Shown: positions 25,183 through 37,318 of the stretch, piece by piece
How the letters are laid out: the number at the start of each line of letters is the position of its first letter
Position numbering within the stretch: the stretch's first letter is position 1
Origin: Haliotis cracherodii
Taxonomy: Eukaryota
NCBI RefSeq assembly: GCF_022045235.1
Contig: NW_027266275.1
Coordinates: 21,514,001 to 21,578,000 of the forward strand
DNA: 64,000 nt
Reading direction: 5' to 3'
The notes under the pieces: generated by a model
What the model was told of the DNA's origin: nothing
Databases searched by the model: none
What the model saw: the letters and a program-made list of their open reading frames with translations, nothing else
Translations under genes and position numbers: made by a program

Positions 25183-28100
25183 CAGATCTATATCAGTGTA
25201 ACAGTAAAGACGTTTTAAAATAGCGAATGAACAGGCGCCAAACGTGCATCAATAGATTATTTATTCAAAAGCATTTGGGAAGGACAGACACCTTCATTCC
25301 TAAAAAAGCTTTACATCAACTCACAAGTGCTTTATAGATGAACCACGATACATTATGTGTATAAAGTATTAGCAAATAAACAAACATCTTCATCTTCGTT
25401 TGCACCTGTGTTATCCCTACACATCGTCTTGCATGCCAACCAATAAAACAAAATTTTAGAGAAATGAGCCAGAAAACATCCATAACTTTGTACCTTGAAC
25501 ATAGCTGCTCGTCTGCATACTGACACTCAAAAGCGATGTTCAAACTAGCGCAGATTCAAACCCGAGCGATATAGTCAGAAGATAATGCAACAACAATGGC
25601 GCCTGTTGACTTCGGAAGTCACTGGTTACGGTCGTCAAGGACGGAAGGGAGACCACTCTCATTTGCGGAGACCTTGGAAAACCGCTAATATATAATCAGG
25701 TATTTTGCGTCTGCAATCACATCATTTATTCAAATAAGAAAACCCCAATTCATTTACGGAGCGCCAAAATTAATGTCTTATGTTGAAACGATATTTAATC
25801 AAATATAAAAGTACTGTTTAAAAACACCGAGCGAAAAACTGTTGCAATTTAGTGCACCCATACAGTAGGAGCTAGACGCCTCAGCACACTTCGGTGCAGT
25901 GATGACTTATCTTTAACCACACACTGAACACGATCGTCCCTTTCCGCTTAAAAAAGACCCCTGAGGTACCATTGTAATCCGGAACTATATTAACCTCTCG
26001 ACCTCGCTAGCACATGACCGTCACGTGATGTCAGTCGACGCCTATGATGAACCCCTTGTCAGATGGAAAGGCCGCAGAAAACTGGTAATATGGTAGCGGC
26101 ATGTGATTATGAATTGAGATAGATCACAACATAGCATCTTATGTGACAAAAAGCGTCCTTTCGGAAAAAGATATGCGGTTCTAAATGTGTGCCGATCATG
26201 ATAACTCTAGAGCGTGTCCCATCGTGCTTGCACTTTCAGTCACCATGTTGGAATAATATTTGTATAAAGTTCTTTTGAATATATTAAGGATAAAAACTTG
26301 GAAATAGATAACTACTTATATACAATACTAACGAAAATTAAACATTGATAAACAGTTAACGCGCTAAAATATGCATCTGCGAGTGTGTTTGGCTGAGGCA
26401 TAAATTCCGACTCAATCCTCAATAAAGGCGGCCTAGGTTTGGTCGCCGGGGGCTTATAGGATGTTACTGCACGTAATTTAAACAGGTCTAAATATTATTG
26501 CTAAAATATGTTTGACAAAATGCTATTTATATATATACCATTAACATATAATGACATGGTCTTAATTTCATAACGTCAACATGTCTGAAACATTGCCGAT
26601 GCGACGTTATATATTTACTCACTCACTCACACTTCAACTAGCAAGTTAACTGGGGGGCAAAAGAAAGTAAACGCCAATGATTGATGGTGGCTAAAAATGA
26701 AACAAAGAAGAAATGGTTATTCGATGATGATGTATTTGAGACGGGTATCATAGTAATGTTTTGGACTCAATCTCATTAAAATCAGATGTAAGTTCTCGTT
26801 GTCGCTAAACAAAGCACAGCGATAGCGAGAACTAAGATCTGATTTTAATGAGATTGGTTTTGGACCTTAAGTTACGGTGTCTCAGCCTAGTAAGGTTTTG
26901 ATAACGTTTGTAGTTTTTTGATCAAATCAAATGTTCAAGACAGTGTATACTTTCTTTTGCCTAGCAGTTTCGACCAAGTCAATGAAGGCCTAGCCAGGGG
27001 TATGGCTGAGGCGCAACCATCCAAGCCACACAATTACATGTGTATCAAAATTATACTTAGTTTTATTAAATTCAATGTGTATCAGTCATTGTCAATCTTG
27101 TTCATCTGATGTTCTTCGAACATATAATATGTATCTATAATTACTTGTAAACATTTTATAATTGATAGTAAGCATTCTATTATTGGCCGATGACATGATA
27201 GACTCTATGGGAGACTAAAAAACTCACTGTTTATTAACTCAGGTCTGTTAGTGTGTGGGTAGGCCGTGAACAGGGGTACCTCTGCTGAGCGAGTCCACCT
27301 CCATCTCGCGTTTTAATACCTAATTTGACCTGTGCGTTTGAAGTATACTCCAACATTTGAGATCTACCGGATACTCTGTAGATGGTAAGCATCTGGGATT
27401 CTATGTCATATATTCTTTCAAATTACTATGTTTAATCTGTCACGCCATGACATGACAGATTAACTAGAGTAATATAAAAGAATCGGATGTTCCTTACTTT
27501 GTTTCAGTGGTATATATAGCATGCCTGTATGTATCAACTGAAAAGCTCGTCGTTTATTGTCAGCTATCACCAGTGGGAAGTGTTCCAAAGTGCGTGGTAG
27601 GACTTACAGCCCAGCTTTCAAATGTCGATCTGGAATCCTCTTTTATATTTCACTTTTAGTGAAATAGAACTGCAAACAAATGAAGGACTGAGTGGATACC
27701 TGCAGCTAACCTGACATAACAGCAAAACACACAACTTGCCAGTGGTATAAACTTCTCAAAGATTTACGGCTCTATGTATTCTAGGTTACCATATACTAGG
27801 CTAGCCATATATTGATGGCTATAAATGGTGCTGTCACATTTACCTGTATGTGGTTTATGGCTACAACTACAGTTGTCATTTTCTGATTCAGATCCCAGAG
27901 AGAGCCATTCGACGTGTAGAGTTGGGTCTCTTAGTCATGCCATGGACCTGCAGTTCGAGTTCCAATCCAAGTTTCGCCTCGATTATGGCTCTTTGTCAGT
28001 ATGCATCTCTGTTTAAACCTAACTCACTCGCTGATTTCTATATACATAAACATATGGTTCAGAGACCATAAAATAGATCTATGTTATGGCCTCTGGTGTG

Positions 28101-29287
28101 ATTAAGTCATGGTTTCAAAAAATGTACTTAAATCGCCGCTTTATATATAAATTAAATTCCATTCACAGACACATGGCCTTGTGGCGAACAAACATATATC
28201 GTCGTGCCATAGTTATTTTCAATTGGGTAAATGTTTGTTTGTTTATCGATTCCGAATGCAGCCATTCAGAATTTCCGCATTTTAGATTAGAGTTATCTTT
28301 CCTTTGCTGTGTGACCTCCAAGTTGTGTACAAACCAAGGGATCATGAAGCTTTTAATATATTGAAATAAATATTTAAGTGTCTGGTTGTCATTTTTCATT
28401 CGCTGTTTGAAAACATAACCATGTACACAAAAATGCAGTAACAAAAAAAGCCTGGTCACCTTATTATTTCTAAAATCTGGAACTGATGAGAATCATTTTT
28501 TAAAATTTTCCCTGTGGCCTTATCCGCTTATCGTTGATATGGTTTATCACGATAAAGAGAAATCTGTTGAATCAGATAGTTACGAATGCCTGCATTAGCC
28601 TATCGATTGACTTGGGAGATAAATATTTCGTTTTGTAAGATCTGCGTGGTGTTATGCTGATTTGATGTACGGAAAAGGTCATTTGAACATGACTCCGTAA
28701 GGCCAAATAATATGATTGTGAACAGTCTAGGGCATCTTTAAGACGGTCTAGGGTATTGTGTAGGACGCTGAGGTCCTGTAAGTCTCTATTCTGATCCTTA
28801 TTTTCTACATCCACACTCGAATTTTCTTTGCGCTCACAGAAAGAGGCGAGGTTGGCCGATTATTTATACTGTCACAAGCCAATTCGCATAACATATGAAT
28901 GGACGTTGCTTTTTTAATAAAAACCAAACCAAACGTGCTCATACTGAAATCGGATTAGTCAGTGATAATGGATGTCTTTCAATGCTATTAAGATTCCTGC
29001 GCTAATATCTTTGATTTGTGAGAGGTTTGCTCCATAACTGAAAATACTAATATAAATTAAATTATTTTTTATACTTTTTTATAAAATCTTGTGGGCGCTT
29101 ATCCAGAATGTTAAGCATGCCCAGTGAAGCCATTTCTGACTTGACAGGTTTCATGCTTTTATCACAAAGTGCACAGTCCACCCATTTCTGTCTTGAAACG
29201 GCTGAACCACAAAACCTGCTTTTGTTATCAGAGAAAAAGGTCAATGCCTGTGTTGATGCTGTGCGTGTGCATGTTGTGTGGTGAGAG

Positions 29288-29290
<3 letters not shown>

Positions 29291-29321
<31 letters not shown>

Positions 29322-29370
29322 AGGGGGTGCGGGGGGGGGGGGGGGGGGGGGGTGGCCCCGACACACACAC
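29291..29370. repeat. (GT)n, poly-G and (AC)n microsatellite block
   Basis: Read directly; homologous block at about 36070-36150. Confidence 0.85.
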
Positions 29371-29994
29371 ACTAGGGGTAGGAGGTTTATATACTGTATT
29401 ATATCCCTTTGGAACCTTATTAAAATACATGTGATGTAATTGATATCGAATATATTATGTTCATGTTGTTTCAAGAGGTGTTCACATTAAGCATGTGGAA
29501 ATTGGCAGATCTACATATCCTTCACCTGTGACTATGTAGAGATAATGTAGTGAGACAGGGTCCTTCAATAAAGGTCAAGGTCATTCGAATAAATTGAACC
29601 TGAATAATGTTGTGATGAGGCAGGGTTGAGTGAATGGTTTGTGATGTTCTCCGAATATGGGCATGCTGAGAGCCAAATTTAGGTTGCCTTAAGTCATTAG
29701 TGACTAAGGGTATGTCAAATCAGAGATAGTTTAGGTTCCAAATAATAGGTTTCCAGAAAGATGCAATAAAAACAAACTTTCTTTTTTGTATCTGTTTAGC
29801 TAATCCACTAAGCCATTTGCTGGGGTTAACAAAGTCAGTAACAAGTGTGTTTCAGCAACAAACAAATATATTAACCATATAGAAACTACTGATACAATAT
29901 GATTGTGCTTTTCCCAAAATGTTCTAATGATTTGTTAACAGTCCCAAAATAATCACAAAGGTTTAAGGGTGGCACAACAACACAAAATGTTGCT

Positions 29995-30670
29995 TCAAGC
30001 ATTCATCTTGTTGGATGTGAACACTCTCTTGATCATGTTGATCACACGGGACAGGAAGGCTCTCAAGAAAGACTGGGGCTTCACACGTGTGTCGTCATCT
30101 TCACAAAGAAGTATCTCAATGAAATCAGTGTCATCCATGATGACCTGACCAGTGATGTTCACTGACACAGATGAGACAGGGTCGGGGAGGGACGTGACGG
30201 GTGAGGGCAGGAGGGACAGGGGGTGGGGACGGGTCACACAGCGCTGAGAGTAAGAAAGATAAAACAAGAGAAATGTTAAACACCAGTTTAAAGTTGACAT
30301 TTGTTTATTTGTCAAGCGATGAATGAGTTGGTATGTGTGAGATAGGAAATTGGTAAATATGTGTTTGGATAAGCTAAGGGCGGGTAGAGTAAAAGTAAGA
30401 TCATAAGAGAAGAGTGTTTAAGAAATGAAAACCTTGTAGACTTTGTGCTCAGTCAATTGCAATGGGACAAATCTAGACAAGATTCGTCAACGTATGCTGC
30501 TTGCCAAAAGTGGCGTTTGTACACAAATCTTGACCTCTGTTTACTTTAAAAAACGACTTCAAGCCTTTTTTAAAATGTGTACATATACAAGTTTTTAACC
30601 CATTGTCACCTACACGACGAGAGACAGGAGTGGTTGGGAGGACGAGAACCTGGGGAAACCTTGTCGCCAT
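29995..30670 (-). CDS. Two-exon 101-aa gene, copy 3
   Basis: Exons 30670-30614 and 30243-29995; same protein. Confidence 0.72.
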
Positions 30671-33600
30671 CAGATCTATATCAGTGTAACAGTAAAGACG
30701 TTTTAAAATAGCGAATGAACAGGCGCCAAACGTGCATCAATAGATTATTTATTCAAAAGCATTTGGGAAGGACAGACACCTTCATTCCTAAAAAAGCTTT
30801 ACATCAACTCACAAGTGCTTTATAGATGAACCACGATACATTATGTGTATAAAGTATTAGCAAATAAACAAACATCTTCATCTTCGTTTGCACCTGTGTT
30901 ATCCCTACACATCGTCTTGCATGCCAACCAATAAAACAAAATTTTAGAGAAATGAGCCAGAAAACATCCATAACTTTGTACCTTGAACATAGCTGCTCGT
31001 CTGCATACTGACACTCAAAAGCGATGTTCAAACTAGCGCAGATTCAAACCCGAGCGATATAGTCAGAAGATAATGCAACAACAATGGCGCCTGTTGACTT
31101 CGGAAGTCACTGGTTACGGTCGTCAAGGACGGAAGGGAGACCACTCTCATTTGCGGAGACCTTGGAAAACCGCTAATATATAATCAGGTATTTTGCGTCT
31201 GCAATCACATCATTTATTCAAATAAGAAAACCCCAATTCAATGCTTTACGGAGCGCCAAAATTAATGTCTTATGTTGAAACGATATTTAATCAAATATAA
31301 AAGTACTGTTTAAAAACACCGAGCGAAAAACTGTTGCAATTTAGTGCACCCATACAGTAGGAGCTAGACGCCTCAGCACACTTCGGTGCAGTGATGACTT
31401 ATCTTTAACCACACACTGAACACGATCGTCCCTTTCCGCTTAAAAAAGACCCCTGAGGTACCATTGTAATCCGGAACTATATTAACCTCTCGACCTCGCT
31501 AGCACATGACCGTCACGTGATGTCAGTCGACGCCTATGATGAACCCCTTGTCAGATGGAAAGGCCGTAGAAATCTGGTAATATGGTAGCGGCATGTGATT
31601 ATGAATTGCGATAGATCACAACATAGCATCTTATGTGACAAAAAGCCTCCTTTCGTAAAAAGATATGCGGTTCTAAATGTGTGCCGATCATGATAACTCT
31701 AGAGCGTGTCCCATCGTGCTTGCACTTTCAGTCAACATGTTGGAATAATATTTGTATAAAGTTCTTTTGAATATATTAAGGATAAAAACTTGGAAATAGA
31801 TAACTACTTATATACAATACTAACGAAAATTAAACATTGATAAACAGTTAACGCGCTAAAATATGCATCTGCGAGTGTGTTTGGCTGAGGCATAAATTCC
31901 GACTCAATCCTCAATAAAGGCGGCCTAGGTTTCGTTGTGGGGGGCTTATAGGATGTTACTGCACGTAATTTAAACAGGTCTAAATGTTATTGCTAAAATA
32001 TGTTTGACAAAATGCTATTTATATATATACCATTAACATTTAATGACATGGTCTTAATTTCATAACGTCAACATGTCTGAAACATTGCCGATGCGAGTTT
32101 ATATATTTACTCACTCACTCACACTTCAACTAGCAAGTTAACTGGGGGGCAAAAGAAAGTAGACGCCAATGATTGATGGTGGCTAAAAATGAAACAAAGA
32201 AGAAATGGTTATTCGATGATGATGTATTTGAGACGGGTATCATAGCAATGTTTTGGACTCAATCTCATTAAAATCAGATCTAAGTTCTCGTTGTCGCTAA
32301 ACAAAGCATAGCGATAGCGAGAACTAAGATCTGATTTTAATGAGATTGGTTTTGGACCTTAAGTTAGGGTGTCTCAGCCTAGTAAGGTTTTGATAACGTA
32401 GTTTTTTGATCAAATCAAATGTTCAAGACAGTGTATACTTTCTTTTGCCTAGCAGTTTCGACCAAGTCAATGAAGGCCTAGCCAGGGGTATGGCTGAGGC
32501 GCAACCATCCAAGCCACACAATTACAGGTGTATCAAAATTATACTTAGTTTTATTAGGACCTGTCCTTCATACTAATACATATATGTATACATGTAAACA
32601 AATTGAAATTGTATATAGATTAAATCATTCTTTTGGGGCCTTAGTCGTGATATACTAAAAGTGAACGACTGTCAATGTATTAAGAAAAGTATAACATGGA
32701 TCATACTAGTTTATAACATACGTCTAAACAAATTGGTGTATGATGGACTTTTCCTACATCAATAATTCCTGTACATTTCCATGTTTCGTTTGCATTTCAA
32801 ATGCAATGTAATTCAATACGAAACGTTCATGCTTCAATCTCATTAAAATTAGATCTTTAACTCCGATTCAACACCACACTGCGTGAATATCCGACGACAC
32901 CTCCATAGAAGGTCGCGAACCTTGACCTAAATGAAATGAAGAATGCGGGTTCTTGAGCCAATCAGATGTTAGCTTCATAACCACCACGTGTCGGAATCTT
33001 TTGACCTATCAAAAACAACCACAGAACTAGAATATGACCCCGATATAACAACCTTTTGGGTGTATATGTCACAGCGCTAAGAACCGACATGGTGTATGAA
33101 ACATACACAACAATATAGTCGTGCGGCTATATTTTTTCCATTCGAAAACAACCACAGAACTAGAATATGACCCCGATATTACTACCTTTTGGGTGTACAT
33201 GTCACGGCGCTCAGAACCGACATGGTGTGTCGATATTCGATTAAATAAACTGCCGGGCGAAGAAAGTTGGACTTGAAAATAGGATTTGACCAAACAGTTT
33301 TCAAACATTACTTAGTATCTTGAAATTTCAACATAACATTAAAATTTTAAAAACCCAGCAACAAAGGGCCCTAAAAGGCTTCCGTAAGATAGCGTCACTA
33401 AAGTTCAAAATAGCAACTTTATCGCCAGTTTAATAAGACAAAAAGATTATCGGTCGGTCACAGATCACTCTGTGGCTGACTAATAAACGCACTGTTTTCA
33501 CTCGGGGGAATAACGTTTACAATCTTCTCTCTGTTATGTCTTAACGTACTAACACTTTTGACAATACAAGCAAGTTCATGTGGTAATGTGATGTCGTATC

Positions 33601-36069
33601 TTTGTGTATATTTTAGATATTCTCGTTGTAATTCTGATGTGGATAGATTATGTCAATCCTCAGAATGTTGTTTACATTGGAATATGCATTGGAACTAACG
33701 TAATACATATATTGTGTGAATGCCCACTCGGATAATGTATTTAATTTGACTGTGTCGCGTGCACTATATGAGTACCATTCAATCACGTGTAACTTGTTGT
33801 TTATTGTATAATAAGGACCCTGTGTATAATTTAAATTCAATGTGTATCAGTCATTGTCAATCTTGTTCATCTGATGTTCTTCGTACATCTAATGTGTATC
33901 TATAATTACTTGTAAACATTTTATAATTGATAGTAAGCATTCTATTAATGGCCGATGACATGATAGACTCTATGGGAGACTAAAAAACTCACTGTTTATT
34001 AACTCAGGTCTGTTTGTGTGTGGGTAGGCCGTGAACAGGGGTACCTCTGCTGAGCGAGTCGACCCCCATCTCGCGTTTTAATACCTAATTTGACCTGTGC
34101 GTTTGAAGTATACTCCAACATTTGAGATCTACCGGACACTCTGTAGATGGTCAGCATCTGGGATTCTATGTCATATATACTGACAACAAAGATTCTTTCA
34201 AATTACAATGTTTAATCTGTCACGCCATGACATGACAGATTAACTAGAGTAATGTAAAAGAATCGGATGTTCCTTACTTTGTTTCAGTGGTATATATAGC
34301 ATGCCTGTATGTATCAACTGAAAAGCTCATCCTTTATTGTCAGCTATCACCAGTGGGAAGTGTTCAAAAGTGCGTGGTAGGACTTACAGCCCAGCTTTCA
34401 AATGTTGATCTGGAATCCTCTTTTATATTTCACTTTTAGTGAAATAGAAATGCAAATAAACGAAGGACTGAGTGGATACCTGCAGCTAACCTGACATAAC
34501 AGCAAAACACACAACTTGCCAGTGGTATAAACTTCTCAAAGATTTACGGCTCTATGTATTCTAGGTTACCATATACTAGGCTAGCCATATATTGATGGCT
34601 ATAAATGGTGCTGTCACATTTACCTGTATGTGGTTTATGGCTACAACTACAGTTGTCATTTTCTGATTCAGATCCCAGAGAGAGCCATTCGACGTGTAGA
34701 GTTGGGTCTCTTAGTCATGCCATGGACCTGCAGTTCGAGTTCCAATCCAAGTTTCGCCTCGATTATGGCTCTTTGTCAGTATGCATCTCTGTTTAAACCT
34801 AACTCACTCGCTGATTTCTATATACATTAACATATGGTTCAGAGACCATAAAATAGATCTATGTTATGGCCTCTGGTGTGATTAAGTCACGGTTTCAAAA
34901 AAACGTACTTAAATCGCCGCTTTATATATAAATTAAATTCCATTCACAGACACATGGCCTTGTGGCGAACAAACATATATCGTTGTGCCATAGTTATTTT
35001 CAGTTGGGTAAATGTTTGTTTGTTTATGGATTCCGAATGCAGCCATTCAGAATTTCCGCATTTTAGATAAGAGTTATCTTTCCTTTACTGTGTGACCTCC
35101 AAATTGTGTACAAACCAAGGGATCATGAAGCTTTTAATATATTAAAATAAATATTTATGTGTCTGGTTGTCATTTTTCATTCGCTGTTTGAAAACATAAC
35201 CATGTACACAAAAACTCAGTAACAAAAAAAGCAATGGCCACCTTGTTATTTCTAAAATCTGGAACTGATGAGAAACATTTTTTTAAATTTTCTCTGTGGC
35301 CTTATCCGCTTATCGTTGATATGGTTTATCACGATAAAGAGAAATCTGTTGAATCAGATAGTTACGAATGCCTGCATTAGCCTATCGATTGACTTGGGAG
35401 ATAAATATTTCGTTTTGTAAGATCTGCGTGGTTTTATGCTGATTTGATGTACGGAAAAGGTCATTTGAACATGAATCCGTAAGGCCAAATAATATGATTG
35501 TGAACAGTCTAGGGCATCTTTAAGACGGTCTAGGGTATTGTGTAGGACGCTGAGGTCCTGTAAGTCTCTATTCTGATCCTTATTTTCTACATCCACACTC
35601 GAATTTTCTTTGCGCTCACGGAAAGAGGCGAGGTTGGCCGATTATTTATACTGTCACAAGCCAATTCGCATAACATATGAACGGTCGTTGCTTTTTTAAT
35701 AAAAACCAAACCAAACGTGCTCATACTGAAATCGGATTAGTCAGTGATAATGGATGTCTTTCAATGCTATTTAGATTCCTGCGCTAATATCTTTGATTTG
35801 TGAGAGGTTTACTCCATAACTGAAAATACTAATATAAATTTAATTATTTTTTATACTTTTTTTTATAAAATCTTGTGGGCGCTTATCCAGAATGTTAAGC
35901 ATGCCCAGTGAAGCCATTTCTGACTTGACAGGTTTCATGCTTTTATCACAAAGTGCACAGTCCACCCATTTCTGTCTTGAAACGGCTGAGCCACAAAACC
36001 TGCTTTTGTTATCAGAGAAAAAGGTCAATGCCTGTGTTGATGCTGTGCGTGTGCATGTTGTGTGGTGAG

Positions 36070-36112
<43 letters not shown>

Positions 36113-36642
36113 CGTGCCCCACCCCACCCCCACCCCCCGACACACACACACTAGGGGTAGGAGGTTTATATACTGTATTATATCCCTTTGGAACCTTATT
36201 AAAATACATGTGATGTAATTGATATGAAATATATTATGTTCATGAACCTGAATAATGTTGTGATGAGGCAGGGTTGAGTGAATGGTTTGTGATGTTCCCC
36301 GAATATGGGCATGCTGAGAGCCAAATTTAGGTTGCATTAAGTCATTAGTGACTGAGGGAATGTCAAATCAGAGATAGTTCAGGTTCCAAATAATTGGTTT
36401 CCAGAAAGATGCAATCAAAACAAACTTTCTTTTTTGTATCTGTTTAGCTAATCCACTAAGCCATTTACTGGGGTTAACAAAGTCAGTAACAAGTGTGTTT
36501 CAGCAACAAACAGATATATTAACCATATAAAAACTACTGATACAATATGATTGTGCTTTTCCCAAAATGTTCTAATGATTTGTTAACAGTCCCAAAATAA
36601 TCACAAAGGTTTAAGGGTGGCACAACAACACAAAATGTTGCT

Positions 36643-37318
36643 TCAAGCATTCATCTTGTTGGATGTGAACACTCTCTTGATCATGTTGATCACACGGGAC
36701 AGGAAGGCTCTCAAGAAAGACTGGGGCTTCACACGTGTGTCGTCATCTTCACAAAGAAGTATCTCAATGAAATCAGTGTCATCCATGATGACCTGACCAG
36801 TGATGTTCACTGACACAGATGAGACAGGGTCGGGGAGGGACGTGACGGGTGAGGGCAGGAGGGACAGGGGGTGGGGACGGGTCACACAGCGCTGAGAGTA
36901 AGAAAGATAAAACAAGAGAAATGTTAAACACCAGTTTAAAGTTGACATGTGTTTATTTGTCAAGCGATGAATGAGTTGGTATGTGTGAGATAGGAAATTG
37001 GTAAATATGTGTTTGGATAAGCTAAGGGCGGGTAAAGTAAAAGTAAGATCATAAGAGAAGAGTGTTTAAGAAATGAAAACCTTGTAGACTTAGTGCTCAG
37101 TCAATTGCAATGGGACAAATCTAGACAAGATTCGTCAACGTATGCTGCTTGCCAAAAGTCGCGTTTGTACACAAATCTTGACCTCTGTTTACTTTAAAAA
37201 ACGACTTCAAGCCTTTTTTAAAATGTGTACATATACAAGTTTTTAACCCATTGTCACCTACACGACGAGAGACAGGAGTGGTTGGGAGGACGAGAACCTG
37301 GGGAAACCTTGTCGCCAT
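36643..37318 (-). CDS. Two-exon 101-aa gene, copy 4
   Basis: Exons 37318-37262 and 36891-36643; CDS unchanged although the intron and flanks carry substitutions. Confidence 0.72.
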
